Positions 36,845 through 50,713 are shown, counted from the first letter of the stretch. The stretch: 64,000 bases of DNA from Glaucostegus cemiculus (GCA_976551045.1 CDPCPM010000141.1:15314001-15378000), one strand, 5' to 3'. Made by a program: numbers and translations. The notes: a model not told the origin generated them from the sequence alone.

Positions 36845-37950
36845 GTACTGTTTGTGATGTATATAAATGGCCTGGATGAAAATATGCATGAGTGGGTTAG
36901 TAAGTTTGCAGATGATACGAAGACTGGTAGTGTTGTGGATAGACGTAGAAGACTGGCAAAGGATACAGCGGGATATAGATCAATTGCAGATATTTGAGGA
37001 GAAATGGCAGATGGAGTTCAACCCAGCCAAATGTGAAATGTTGCACCTTGGGAAATCAGATGTAAAGAGTCAGTACACTGTTAATGGCAAAACCCTTAAC
37101 AGTGTTGATAAGCAGAGGGATCTTGGGGTCCAAGTTCATAGCTCCCTGAAACCCAGGTTGATAGGGCGGTAAAGAAGGCATATGGCATGCTTGCCTTCAT
37201 TAGTCAAGGTACTGAGTTCAAGAGTCAGGAAGTTATGCTGCAGCTTTATAAAACTTTAGTTAGGCTGCATCTGGAGTACTGCATTCATTTCTGGTCACCC
37301 CATTATTGGAAGGATGTCGAGACTTTGGAGAGGGTGCAGAAGACATTTACCAAGATGCTGCCTGGATAGACAGCATGTGCTATGAGGATAGGTTGGACTT
37401 ATTGAGTTGTTCTTTCTGGAGCAGCAGACTCTGAGGGGAGATCTGATGCAGGTTTATAAGATTATGAGAGGCATAGGTAGAGTAGACAGCCAGTATCTTT
37501 TCCCCAGGGTTGAAACGTCTAATACCAGAGGGCATGCATTTAAGGTGATAAGATAACTTTATTAGACACACGTACATTCAAAACACACAGTGAAATGTAT
37601 CTTTTGCGTGGAGTGTTCTGGGGGCAGCCTGCAAGTGTCACCACGCTTCCGGCGCCAACATAGCATGCCCACAACTTTCTAACCCATACGGCTTTGGAAT
37701 GTGGGAGGAAACCGGAGCACCCGGAGAAAACCCACGCAGACATGGGGAGAACGTACAAACTCCTTACAGATAGTAGCCAGAACTGAACCCAGATCACTGG
37801 CTCTGCACTAGTGTTATGCTAACGGCTACACTACCGTGCTAAGTGTAAGTTCAAAGAAGATGTGCGGGGCAAGTTGTTTTTTTACACAGAGAGTGGTGGA
37901 TACCTGTAATGTGCCAAAGGGCCTGTTTCCATGCTGTATAACTCTATGAC
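36845..37950 (+). mobile_element. CR1 LINE 3' part, interrupted by a SINE
   Basis: VSKFADDTK, WQMEFNPAKC, LYKTLVRLHLEYC; tail GGGCCTGTTTCCATGCTGTATAACTCTATG. Confidence 0.9.
37550..37840 (-). mobile_element. V-domain tRNA-SINE, full length, inserted in CR1
   Basis: Reverse complement of the 3728-4023 SINE; several CpGs retained. Confidence 0.9.
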
Positions 37951-38173
37951 CTACCATTCTGTTTGAAAAAAAACTGTCCTTGCAATTCTCCTTTGAACAT
38001 CTCCTTCTCACCTTCAAGCTATATCCTCTGGTACTTGATATTTCCACCTAGGAAAAAGACTCCGATTATCTGCCCTATCTATGCCCTCTACTGGGTACAG
38101 TCCTTCAAATCTATCTTATTACCAAGAAAGACAATTTCTTAGCCAACACAGACAAACTTATCTTTCACACAAT

Positions 38174-39252
38174 CACACAGACCGCAATCAGTGAGGATAG
38201 GCAGGAATTCCTCTGGCACAATTATTCTCAACACTGGTGCCCCATAAGGCTGCATCCTCAGCCCTCTACTCTACTCCCCATACACTCATGACTGTGTGGC
38301 CAGATTCTGCTATCAACTCCATCTACAAGTTTGCAGACGATACCAACACTGTGGGCCGTATCTCCAACAGCGATGAGTCAGAGTACAGGAAGGAGACAGA
38401 GAACTTGGTGGAATGGTGTCATGACAACAACCTTTCCCTCAATGTCAACAATACAAAAGCCTTGGTCATTGACTTCAGGAAAGGGGGTGGTGTACATGCA
38501 CCTGTCTACATCAATGGTGGTGAGGTCGAGAGGGTGGAGAGCTTCAAGTTCCTAGGTGTGAACATCACCAACAGCCTGTCTTGGTCTAACTATGTAGATG
38601 CCACAGCCAAGAAAGATCAACAGCACCTCTACTTCCTCAGGAGGCTGAAGAAATTTGGTATGTCCCCTTTGACTCTCACCAACTTTTACTGATGCATCAT
38701 GGAAAGCATCTTATCTGGTTGTATCATGACTTGGTATGGCAACTGCTCTGTCCAGGACCACAAGAAGCTGCAGAGATCTGTGGACACAGCCCAGTGGATC
38801 ATGGACACCAGTGTCCCCTCCTTGGACTCTGTCTTTACTTCTCGTTGTCTTGGTGTAGCGGCCAGCATAATCAAAGATGCCACTCATCCGGGACATTCTC
38901 TCTTCTCTCCTCTTCCATCGGGTAGAAGATACAGGTGCCTGAGGGCACATACCAACAGACTTACTGACAGCTTCTTCCCCACTGTGATAAGACTATTGAA
39001 CAGTTCCCTTATACAATGAGATGGTCTGTGACCTCACATTCTACCTTGTGTGACCTTGCACCTTATTGCACTGCACTTTCTCTGTAGCTGTAACACTTTA
39101 TTCTGTACTGTTACTGTTATTACTGTACTACTTCAATGCACTTTGTACTATGTAACTGCACTGTGTAATGAATTGACCTGTACAATTGGTTTGTAAGACA
39201 AGCTTTTCACTGTATCTTGGTGCAAGTGACAATAATAAACCAATACCCATAC
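38174..39252 (+). mobile_element. Rex1/Babar element, 5'-truncated
   Basis: IYKFADDT..LSLNVNNTKALVIDFRK..FKFLGV..YFLRRLKK, with a CGA>TGA stop at 38690. Possible TSD CACAAT (38168-38173 and 39253-39258). Confidence 0.92.
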
Positions 39253-40244
39253 CACAATAGTCCTCCTGATTTGAGTGAAGCCAGCAAATCAACATATATA
39301 TCTTATCACCTACAGATGATGGCACAATGGCTACAAAGTGATTTGCAATAAACACATGTTCTCTTGTTTCTGCATATTCAACTCATGACTTGACTGAATT
39401 ATTAAAGGAATCTACAGTACCAATTGTAATACAGTTACATCCTTGATACATCACAACTGATGCAAGCAAAAAAGGCTATATCAATGAAGGTGACCACAGT
39501 CTCATTAAAGCATGCTGTACTAAAGAAAGAAACAACCAAAATCTTTTAATGCTTAATCCTGAAACTAACCTGGTTTGTCTTTGTTCATCCTTGTCACAAA
39601 CTAGTATAACTGCATCCTTCAATGGATTTCAACACCAGTGTACAAATAACATCAGGCAGGGAAGCAGCCATTTTTTCTCACTCTTCCACTACAAGGCATT
39701 GATAAAATTAGATTACAAAACAAAGTCCTTATGTATCATTAAATTCAGTAAAGGTGCCATGTTGGTATTTTGGTTATACATACACCACATTTATTTTTCG
39801 AAAATGATATATTGGCCTCTGACAGGGTACATTACATTTTTTTTGGAATAGTACAATAATAGAATCTTTACTGCATAGGAGAATGTCAATCAGCCCATTA
39901 AGTCTTGCTGAAGACTAGAAGGACCAGCATTTGAATCTAAACATAAAGGATGATGTGAACAAACTAGAAAAAGACAAACTTGTGCATCTACCTTGGAAGC
40001 CTTTAACATCCAGCAAATCATGCCCCCAACATTGCCAGCTGTCAATGTTATTCAATTTTTCTAAATGTCCCAATTTGAAAAGCAATTAAAAATAAATCAG
40101 AAATGAGATTACTAATCCAGTTATAAAATAGATCAACTGAAAACACCTAATAAATAATTTTCTCTTCTTTTTCTTCTCCGCAGCCTTACAATCTCCAAAG
40201 GAAAGGGCTGATGCACCCTGTCCAAGGTCATACCTGGTTTGGGA

Positions 40245-40425
40245 TCTTTATTAGTCACATGTACATCGAAACACACAGTGAAATACATCTTTTGTGTAGA
40301 ATGTTCTGAGGGCAGCCCGCAAGTGTTGTCACACTTCCTGAGCCAACATAGCATGCCCACAACTTCCTAACCTGTACATCTTTGGAATGTGGGAGTAAAC
40401 CAGAGCACCCAGAGAAAACCCACTC
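40245..40425 (-). mobile_element. 5'-truncated V-SINE
   Basis: Tail and V-domain of the same family as 37550-37840. Confidence 0.85.
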
Positions 40426-40764
40426 AAACAGATTTCCCTGCATAAATGCTAGAGATTCTCAGCCAGACCCTACTCAGCTACATGACTTAAATGAAAGGCC
40501 AATAGTGAGATATAGCTGGCTAATGACCAGAAAATCCTGGCCAGTAAGTCTTTAAGTGAAAGTCCCAAGAATTACCAGCATCTCTGCTAAGAAATGGCAG
40601 CAATTCTACTCCAGACTGCTTCAAAGCACAGCAAAATTTAAGCCATAAAATCTAATAGATCTGTCATTAAAAACCTTGCAGTATAGGTCCATAACAGCAG
40701 ATGGTGGTTTATTCAGTTTCTATTAAATCAAAAGGTACATTGGGCATGGCCTACACTGCATGAT

Positions 40765-40995
40765 GTAGTTGCCATACCAAGCCATGATACAACCAGGTAG
40801 GATGCTTTCTATGGTGCATCGGTAAAAGTTGGTGAGAGTCAAAGGGGACAAACCAAATTTCTTTAGCCTCCTGAAGAAGTAGAGGCACTGGTGAGCTTTC
40901 TTGGCTGTGGCATCTACGTGATTTGACCAGGAGAGGCTGTTGGTGATGTTCACACCTAGGAACTTGAAGCTCTCAACCCTCTTGACCTCAGCACC
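40765..40995 (-). mobile_element. Rex1 internal fragment
   Basis: NITNSLSWSNHVDATAKKAHQCLYFFRRLKKFG..WYGN. Confidence 0.88.
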
Positions 40996-41520
40996 TTTTC
41001 AACTTTTCATTATATTTATGAATGGATTGGTAAAGGATGAGTATATGTTATATATGAGAGCAGAGATGGATATAAGTTGCCAGGGACAAACAGTAGTGCA
41101 GGTGGTAGTGAGAAGTTGCAAAGGGTAGTGTGAAATAAGTGGGCATGATACTGGCAAATGGAGTTCACCATGGAATCATCCACTTTGGGCTCAAGAAAGA
41201 TATATTCTAATACATTATCTAATGTGAAAAACTGGGATCTGTAGAGGAGCAAAGATGCTTAAGAGTCCAAGAACATATGTACAACTAATAGAGACCCACA
41301 AAAATAAATTATAGAAGCTATTGAGAACCCTGATCTGAAAACATAGCGAAAGAAGTTATGGCCCAGTTGACAAAGATTGATAATAAGGCCCCGTCTATAG
41401 CTGGGACAGCACACTTCAGGAAGGATTGTTTTGCCTGAAAGGAGAAACCAGGGACTAACAGTTATGAGGAGTGTTTGTATAAATGCGGCTTGTATTCTTT
41501 TGATCATAAGCAATTGGGGG
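40996..41520 (+). mobile_element. Old CR1 RT relic
   Basis: QLFIIFMNGL and WQMEF remnants. Confidence 0.55.
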
Positions 41521-43639
41521 TGGGGGGACAAATCACCTGATTCATGAGAGATGATGCAGAAAAAATATTCTGTAAGTGGGGGGATCAAAATAAAGAAATT
41601 GTTGTCCAAATGTTCACCTCAGTCAGTAGCATTAAGCACACTATAAAGTTGAGTCTGCATATATGATTCCATTCCTAACCAAACTTCAGAAAGAGATAAG
41701 AATGTAAAGCCACTCCTACATAACTCATTTACTTTTAGCAAATGAGATGAAGTGCTAGATAAAAAGATGAAATTGGAGCCAGGCTGCTCAAGAATCAAAC
41801 AGGAAGCAATTTTACCTGCCAAATGTAGTATAAATATGGATTCATTCCCCTCCCCCTACACACACACTCACACCACCACCCACGCCCCACCGAAGTTTGT
41901 TAATGCTGGCATGATTCAAGTTTAAAGATCTGAGATGATAGATTTTGATTTTTGATTAGGTATGGGTATTAAGGCACGTGGAGCAAAACAGATTTAAGGT
42001 AGCGATCAGTCTTGTTATAATCAAGTGGTAGGTTCAAGTAGCTAAAGTGCCTAGCCCAGACCTTTTTTTAACTCCAACAGCCAACTCGTACGCTATCTTA
42101 AACCCCCTCTAATATCATTTACTCCCCTCCATATTCAGATGTCAATCACTAACATCAAACATATTTTTACTTTGTTGATCCAACTCTAACACATTTAGAA
42201 AAGAAATATCAATTCCACATCAAAGTGGACAAATCCATCATCAAATTGGTCTATTAATTTCTTTGTGGCATTACACACATTATAAAAAAGAGTGATTAAA
42301 AATAACTTTGCTACTTTGTTGTCCCTTTTCCTATTTTTGCAGAGGCAAGCTACATTTTTATTACTGGTCTTGCCTCCAGCCAGTTCTTACACCATTTTCT
42401 TCAATTACCTTCCAATGTTAAAGGTACTAAGGTCACCAGCAGCACAGCCCAGTCACAATTCTATAAGTACATATAGAGGCCAGAAATAAATCATTTTTCT
42501 TCAAGTACTAAAGCTATATCAAGTAAATATGACTCCTTAATTCTGTAATTCAAAAATGTACTGGAACCTTCACCCCTGAATGATGACTTTTTTTCAATCC
42601 TTTCAAGCCAAAGATTTCATGCTGAAATGCTGCAGCATGCTGCTCACATCCCTCCTTCACAGCTGTATACAATTTACTCACCAACATATAAAGAAGGCAT
42701 TTCAGCAATCGCAAGTTTCATTCCTTGCAACGTATAGCTGAGTTATGAGAAAACACAAAGGTCAATGTAACAAATGACTAGTGATCAATGTCATAAAGAA
42801 TAACCTCCTAAGATATGTATGTTTTAATTGTAAAATCAATACTGAAGGGCAATTCCATGCTGTATAAGATTCCTCACTTACTCAATTGACCCACAATTTA
42901 ATGCTCACATAATCTAACTGTGTTATATTTGGTAAATCCAGATAACCAGTGGCAATTTGCCTCCAGAGGAGACAATAGGCTTCTATTTCTCTGTGATTTG
43001 CAATCAAAGTCCAATCAATCTAAATTTCCAAACATGCTCAAATGATCCATTTATTGTTATTATTGACCTAATTTTAAATTTATTATTGTAAAACACACCC
43101 ATGCTTCACAAAATCAATGGCTGGGGATGAATTTACAGATTCCAAATGTATATTAGCAGAATAATAGTCGCACCAGCTTTTATTTTTGCATGTACAGCAA
43201 TTGACATCATCAGAAGTGGAAATCAATTTTTCCATTTAAGCTTAGTTAAGGAGTAGAGGGAGAACTCAAACAGAGGTAAAAAACGTGTGTGCTTTCATAT
43301 CTTGGGCTCAGATGTTCAACTCTGGCTGCTTTTATAATAAGGATATTGAATTCTTAACTGTTGCACATGGAATTTGCTCAGCAACGTTGATATCGTCATG
43401 GTGTAATGAATGGCACTTCTGGCTCATGGGCTTGCCACTCTACATCCTGGTCCAGTGCAGAGTAATCGACAGCCTCCAGTCTTCCCTGTTTTAGATGAGA
43501 TGAAATGAAAATATTATGGTGCCAGTGTGAAGGTGGGAAGGTTCTTTTAAGAGATGTAATTCTATTGTCACCAACTCCCTGCTGTCATGAGATGGCAAGG
43601 TATAAAGTAGGTTGTGCATTGAGAGCACACAGTGAAAAC

Positions 43640-44272
43640 TGCTGAAATACAGGTGTCATTTATAATTGACATTTGCATACAATGAAAAGGCCAATATTGC
43701 AAGTGGTTTGAGTGCAGGTGTAGAAAAATCTTGCTCCAATTATATCAGATTTTGGGAGCCCACATCTGGTATAAAGTGTAAAGGTCTGGTCTCCTTATCT
43801 AAAGGCTGGATATATTTGTGACTGAGGGACAAGTAAAAATTCGGTTTATCACATATGAAGCAGTCAAGACTGGGCCTATAGTCTACTTAATTTAGAAAAA
43901 TGAGAAGTGATCTTAATAAACTCTAAAAAAATGTTATGAGACTTGACAGATTGATGCAGGGATGATATTTCTACAGCCTTGGAACCAGGGGTCAAAGTCT
44001 CAAAATAAAGGGTTCATCGGGACAGAAATGGGAGAAATTCACCAAGAGAGCCGTGAATCTTTGTAATTCTCTGTGAAAAAGGGCTGCGAAGGCTCTGTAA
44101 CTGAGTATCAAAAGATTGATACATTTTTCAATGTAAAGGAAATCAAGGGATATGAGGTTAATGCAGGAAAGTGCTGCTGAGGTAAAAGATTAGACATGAG
44201 CTTATGAAATGATGGAGCAGGCAGAAGGAGTCAGGTGGCTTTCTCCTGCTTCTATTTCTTATATTCTTGTGT
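43640..44272 (+). mobile_element. Old CR1 3' end
   Basis: AGAAAAATGAGAAGTGATCTT (RRMRGDL-like) and tail CCTGCTTCTATTTCTTATATTCTT. Confidence 0.65.
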
Positions 44273-45754
44273 TTTTAAAACATGATGAAATGAACAGGAT
44301 TTCACAGCAAACTGACAATAAGTCTTTGACATCAAGGCAACTTTCAACTGAGTTGAGGTTGAACTCAGTGTGGCGATTATGCTAATTGTGGCAAAACTTT
44401 TCAGTCAAGTCCCCACAAGTAAGTCTCAGACATTATGCAGAACCCCGAGCAACTGTTGCCTCTGCTCCATGCCGAAGAATTTGTTTCTTTGGGTGTATGA
44501 GGCTTTGGGTGAAGTTTGATATGAAAAATGAGGACTTTAAAGTCAATTTGCAAGGAACCAGGGAAACTATGAATGTGAAGATTTTCTATTCATAAAGGAT
44601 TTGATTTTAAAGTTCTGGGTTAGTTCACATCTGTGGAAGATAGAGCAGATTGGGAAAGTATTGGAGAAATTGATCCTCTATAGTTAAGATGTGGATACTA
44701 GTCTCAACTGTGCAAAAGATAAGGTAGAATTGCAAGCGATGCATGGAGATAGAAGAAGATGGGTATAGCAGCAGGTCAGATGTAGACTAGAAAGCTCATC
44801 AATAAAAGGACTTTGTTAAAGACTATCAGCTAAGTCTGAGCAGACTCAGAGTTTGATGGAATTTACTCCAGAGATTTCTAGCCAGAGCCAAACAGATGGC
44901 AACAATTTTGCTGCCATTGAGCTATAGAGAGTTTCAATTGTTTGGATAATACAGCAGGAGCCCTGAATTTAGTGATAGTGGTAGATAAGGGGAGTTGGAT
45001 GTTATCAGTGAAAGCTTAATAAGACTGGGCTGCTTATTGACAAAAATCATAAGCAGCACTAAGGCACTATAAGCCACTTATCCTGACTTCAATAATCATA
45101 GTTCAAACTAAAATACAAAGATGATAACCATAATTATAGTTTGAGCATAGATGGTTTGTACATGAAAAGATCATTTTATTATGCAGCTTGAGTGAAAGAG
45201 GCCCTATTAGAAATGTCAGGAAAAAAAAGGAAAAGGAACTGTATTAAAAAAATAAATACAATTGATAATCATTTTCTGAAACCTACTCAACCTGTGAATT
45301 GCTGTCATTTCTCAATGTAAATTATCTGTGGATTTCAGTTTACTTTTAATCTAGTTTCATTTTTTAAATGACATCACTTTCCTGATGTTAGCTCAAATGC
45401 GACGTCAATGGCAAAGCATTTGCAGGCTAACATTACCAGGTGACTATATCAAAGAGATTTTAATAACGCAAACCCATCTGATCTGAGCTCTGTCAGTGTT
45501 TAAACTTGTGCATATGGATGTTTTATACATATTGAATAGGGCTTTCAATAGATTCTAAATGTATCAAATTTGTTGGCCTACACAATATTGTAAAACTGTA
45601 CAAATGTTTTCAACATTGCAGATTTTCTAGTAAACGTACAACATGCTGGAGTACCTTTGGATATATGCTATGGATCATAAATCACTCTGTTGGATAATTT
45701 ATCCAAATGTTCAAAATGAAAACAACAGCTTGGATTTACATGTATCAGATATTA

Positions 45755-46390
45755 CACATTTCCTATCCATGTACCCCTCAAAATGTTTTTTTTAAAAAAC
45801 AGTTTAATTGCACCTGCCTCTACCACCTCCTCTGGCAGCTTATTGTGTATATCCACCACTATCTGTGAAAAACCTACCCCTCAGAACCCCCTTAAATCTT
45901 TTCCCTCTTGCCTTAAATCTGTGCTCCCTAGCTTTAGACTCTCCTACCCTAGATAAAATAGACTGTGACTTTCTACCCTATCTATGCCCCTCATAATTTT
46001 ATAAACCTTTATAATGTCACCCTTCAGCCTCCTTTGTTGTAGGGAAAACTGTCCCAGGCTACCCAATCTCTCCTTATAACTCAAGCTATCCAATCTAGAC
46101 AACATCCATGCGAATCTTCGCTTAATCACATCCCTCCTGTAGTGTGGCGACCAGAACTGCACACAATGCTCCAAGTGCAGTCCAACCAACATTTTGTACA
46201 ACTTTAACATGATGTCCCAACTCTTGTACTCAATACCACAGTAAATGAAAGCCTTCTTCGCCATCCTGACTACCTGTGTTACCACTTTCAGGGAACTATA
46301 TACGTACCCCTATATTTCCCTGTTCAACAACACTCCCCAGAACCCTGCCATTTACTGTGTATGTCCTGCCCTGGTTTAACTTCCCAAGAT
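45755..46390 (-). mobile_element. CR1 3' fragment
   Basis: LYKMLVGLHLEHCVQFWSPHYRRDV..RRLKGDIIKVYKIMRGIDRV. Confidence 0.88.
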
Positions 46391-47139
46391 TCAAGGATGA
46401 CAATTTTAAATGCGGGATGTTAGGGACTAGCAGTCAGCCTACATGGGAGTGATGGGAAAGTGGGAGATGGTCCTATATAGGATATGAACAGTACAGATTT
46501 GGAGGAACTGTTTAGGTATGGCAGTGATGGAAAGTTGTGAGAAAGGACCAGAATAGCTGATTGTGGAAGTGATGGTGGTTTTCAGCAGCAGATGGGTTAA
46601 GGCAGGTGCAGAGCTAAGCAGCATTACCGAGATGGAAGCTAGTATCTTTATGACTGAGATGGATGCCATGATCAAGGGTAGGTAGGATGCTAAGAATGTG
46701 AGCAAGTAATAATAACCAGAAAAGGTTGTGTATGGGCACAGAGGTAGTAACATCAGTCCTTCCATTGTGTTAGGGCTAAAGCAGTGGGATTCTTAGGAGA
46801 AAGTTCAATCACAGGTACCAGCAGAGCTGGTTGTAACTGCTGGTTGTAGCAGAAGCAGTTGTAACAGATGGTGCTTATCTGTAAAAACATCATCATCCTT
46901 TCAGGATCTTGAGAATATTTCTAAAACAGCAACTTTGATTTCAAGATCCAAAGTTATTCAATCTTTTGAAAATAATATTAATGTGAGCTAAGGTTTTATA
47001 AACTTTAGACAAAGAAAGACTCCTAATCATATTTTTGTGCTAGAATGATAGAGCAAGTTACCTAAAGTTGGAGAATTAATTGAGTCTAGAAGGCCGTAAG
47101 ATCAAAGTTGTTCTTCAAGCTTGCTTTGGTCCTTGTAAC

Positions 47140-47640
47140 ATAGGACATGGAACAGTACAGCACAGGAAAAGGCCATTCGACCTTGAAGTTGTGTCAAACT
47201 AGTTAGGCTAATGCCACCTTATCCCCTCTGCCTGCACATGGTCTATATTCCTCCATTCTCTGCATATTTATGTGCCTATCCCTTAAATGCCACTTTCATA
47301 TCTGCCTCCCTCACCACCTCTGGCAGTGCATTCCAGGCACCCACCACTCCATGTAAAAAGAAATTGCCCTGCACATCTCTTTTGAACTTTCCCCCCTCAC
47401 CTTAAATGCATTTCCTCTAGTATTCGACATTTCAACCCTTGGAAAAGGATACCAGCCATCCACTCTATGTCTCTCTTGTACATACTTCTATCAGGTCTCC
47501 CCTCAGGTCTGCCACTCTAGAGACAACAACCCTAGTTTGTCCAACCTCTTCTTTTCGTACATGTCCTCTTACCTAGGCAGCATCCTGGTAAACTTCTTCT
47601 GAACCCTCTCCGTAGCCTCCACATCCTTCCTATAATGGAG
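47140..47640 (-). mobile_element. CR1 3' end
   Basis: AACAGTACAGCACAGGAAAAGGCC tail and GGCAGTGCATTCCAGGCACCCACCACTC (RVVGAWNALP). Confidence 0.88.
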
Positions 47641-47659
47641 AGGTCAGACGACTGGAGTA

Positions 47660-48315
47660 ACAGAACACTCTAGGGACCCAAACATTCTTTTCAAGTGATA
47701 CAATTCACCTGCACTTCTTATGATCTAGTGCACTACCTTCAGTGTTCATAATGTGGTCTCCTCTACACTGGAGAAACCCAGCGTAGATTGGGTGATTGCT
47801 TTGCAGAGCACAAGATTCAGTCTGCAAAGTGACCCTAAGCTTCCACTTTAATTCCCTTACCACTCTGACAACTGTCTGTGGCCTCCTGCACTGTCAGAAC
47901 AGGCCTGAGAAACAACACCTCATCTACTACCTGGGTAAGTTGCAGCTCTCCTGACTCAATATTGTATTCTCCAACTTGAGGTAACATGACCTTTCTTTCT
48001 GTCTGTATCAAAACTGGCCATTCCTGCCTCTCATCCCTGATTCTGTTTCAGTATTTCTCTTTCTATTAGTGGAGTCTGGCCTGCCAAACTTACGATCAGC
48101 AACACATTACACAGGCAAAGCAGTACGATCTGAGTCTGAATGCCATATTAACTCATTTGGTCTAATCCTTTTTGTTCTACCCATCCCTCACCAACAATCT
48201 CTGCTACTGAAAACTAAGTTTTCTCTCTTCTGATGAAGCATCTTGGACTCAAAACATTAGCTCTGTTTCTTTTTCCTCAGCTGCTGAAAGTGTTTCCAGC
48301 ATTTTTGTATTTATT
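47660..48315 (+). mobile_element. Penelope-like element: GIY-YIG endonuclease remnant and terminal repeat
   Basis: FTCTSYDLVHYLQCS*CGLLYTGETQRRLGDCFAEH; CTGATGAAG..AAAC hammerhead-like relic near 48230. Confidence 0.85.
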
Positions 48316-48639
48316 TACATGGAGTAGGTTCCAAGCCACCTAGACACTGAAAATGAAGAATATTCTATCATAGTCCTAATCTGAGCCTTCTTGATGGTAG
48401 AAGGTTACTCACGTCATCAAAAAGAGCAATTAAAGCACTGACTTTATTTTCTAGAGAGCTGGAGTTGAAAAGCAGGAAATTGTTACTTCAGTAATAGGTT
48501 TGGTTGGACCACAGAATATCAACCACAGCTATGGTCTCCATGATGTAAAAGACATGAGAACAGTGCAGAGATACTTAAAACATTTTTACAAAGTTTATAC
48601 CAGAACTGGGAATTTATATTCGTCAGGGAACATTGAATA

Positions 48640-48925
48640 GGATGGTCAGACTGCGGGGCTGGAGACGAAGGTGCCGGAGGTGGTCGGTCTGCGGGGCCGG
48701 AGGCGATCAGACTGCGAGGCCGGAGGCGAAGGAGCTGGAGGTGGTCGGTCTGTGGGGCCGGAGGTGGTCGTCGGTGCGGGGTGAGGCTGGGGGCTGTTAA
48801 TGTTTTGATGTTTTTGTCCCGTTGTCCTTTATTGTCTTTAATGTCTTTTGCACATTGGCCTGTGGAGAAACGATATCTCACCTTCATGTATACGTGAAAG
48901 TGACAATAAATTGATTCTGATTCTT
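48640..48925 (+). mobile_element. CpG-rich young retroposed insertion with internal repeats and a Rex-like tail
   Basis: Two ~60-bp GC-rich repeats (GGAGGTGGTCGGTCTGCGGGGCCGGAGG); ends GTGACAATAAATTGATTCTGATTCT. Confidence 0.6.
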
Positions 48926-48999
48926 ACTGTAGGAAAATGCTGACTTGCTTTTGGTTTTTTAGATTGTGAAATAGTTTCCTCTGAGGATCTTCATTCTAC

Positions 49000-49775
49000 A
49001 CATTCTGCTCAAGTCCACAACTACACAGTCTGTTTCTCTTTTCTCCAAAAGATCCAAACAGGACTGTTGTGGTAATCTCACTATTTCATGCTCTTGTCGC
49101 CTGAGTACTTCATCCAAACTTGATTCTTTTCTTTCTCCCTCCACTTTGTCTCTTCCCATTTACATCCATGATATTCCCAAACTCTCTGCCACTTTGACAT
49201 TTTCCTGTTTACTAGTCCCAACCTGTTTATTTCTATGATGGATGTCCAATCCTTCCACACCTTCATCCCACATTAGGGTGTCCTGAGGGCCTTTCACTTC
49301 TTCCATGAACATGGGCCCATTGCCACCACCTTCCTTTGCACAGCAGAACATGTTCTCACATTGAGCAACTTCTTTAACTCCACTTGCTTCAAATCAAATG
49401 TGTGGTTATGGCAATCTGCAGGAGTCTAATCTATGTCAATTTCTTATGGAATGATCCTTATTTCAGTTCTACTCATGCCTCTCCCTCACCTGGTTTCTCA
49501 GTATATTGATGGCTGTATTGAAATTGCTTCCAGCTATTGTACAGCATACAAAAGTTTCATCACCCTTCCTGCCAACTTCCACCCTGCCCTCACAATCACA
49601 TGGCTCACTTCTGATTATTCTCTTCCCTTTCTCAATCTCCATCTCAGTCTCAGGGGATAGATTAGCAATTGATATCCATTATAAACCTACAGAATTCCAA
49701 GCTATCCCAGCTTACTCCCCCTCCCATCCTGTTACTTGTGAGCATACTGAGTATTTCCAACATTTTCTATCTTTG
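49000..49775 (+). mobile_element. Penelope-like RT fragment, decayed
   Basis: MDVQSFHTFIPH, QYIDGCI, NFHPALTITW, LPFL, DRLAIDIHYKPT. Confidence 0.82.
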
Positions 49776-50649
49776 CCCTGAAAGTGTTTGGAATGTGGAG
49801 TGAATTACCGCATAGAAGACGGGAGGCAAATTGGATGAATGCACTAAAGGGGAAGTTAGATTAATTGGTATGAGGAAGGGAATAGAAGATTAGCTAATAG
49901 GTTCAAAACGTGGCAGGAGAAGGCTCTTGTAGAACGTAAACACCAGCATAGACTGGATGGCCTAAATGACCTTGAGCAAGTACCATAAATTCAACGTGTT
50001 AAGTTAGTTACTTAACTGGTGATTATTGGATGTTGAATACCGAACATGATCATATAATATTCTGGTTAACCTATTTACTTTAGCTATTTTGACATCCACA
50101 ATAACATAACAAATAATACAAACGTCATTATTTTCAACAATAATACAGTAATGTAAAACCACCGCTGATTGCCAAAGAAACATATCAAACAGGCTTTAGC
50201 TAGATATTGTGGTTTAAAAAAACTGTCTTTAGTTATTTAAACTAAATAGGCTGCAATATTTAAGATTGAAAAAAAGTACAAAACCCCCTCCCCAATCACC
50301 CTCTCCAGCAAATAACGATCATGGCCATTCTGAAGTTTAGAGCACCATATAATTATGAACTAAGTTTTATACTGATAAGTATAAAGATAGTTCAGTTAAA
50401 TTTTTAAAAATAACTTCAATTTGTTCCAAAAACTGAATAATTCAGCAAAAGTTGATTAAATTTTAATTACAATTAAAGGGCTTGAAATGTAGACCAATGC
50501 AATCTGCAGTATCATAGCCCAACATATCCCTCATACAAAGAGGTCGACCCTGGTTCAGTGAGGAGGGCAGTAGGAGGTTCTAGAAGAACCAGTCAGTTGA
50601 AAACATAGTGCCAAACTGTGAAGCTGCAACACAGAACTACGTCTATTCT

Positions 50650-50713
50650 AAACAGCTATTCACAGTAACAGAAATTTTGACCAGGGGTGCCCAAACTTTT
50701 GCATGCCACTGTA
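50650..50713. mobile_element. Tc1-like DNA transposon terminal inverted repeat remnant
   Basis: GGGGTGCCCAAACTTTTGCATGCCACTG followed by TA. The reverse complement is TA-CAGTGGCATGCAAAAGTTTGGGCACCCC, a typical Tc1 end. Confidence 0.75.

Noticed and set aside
48519-48887. Proline-rich 122-aa ORF
   Set aside because: Antisense reading of the GC-rich repeats of the 48.6-kb insertion.
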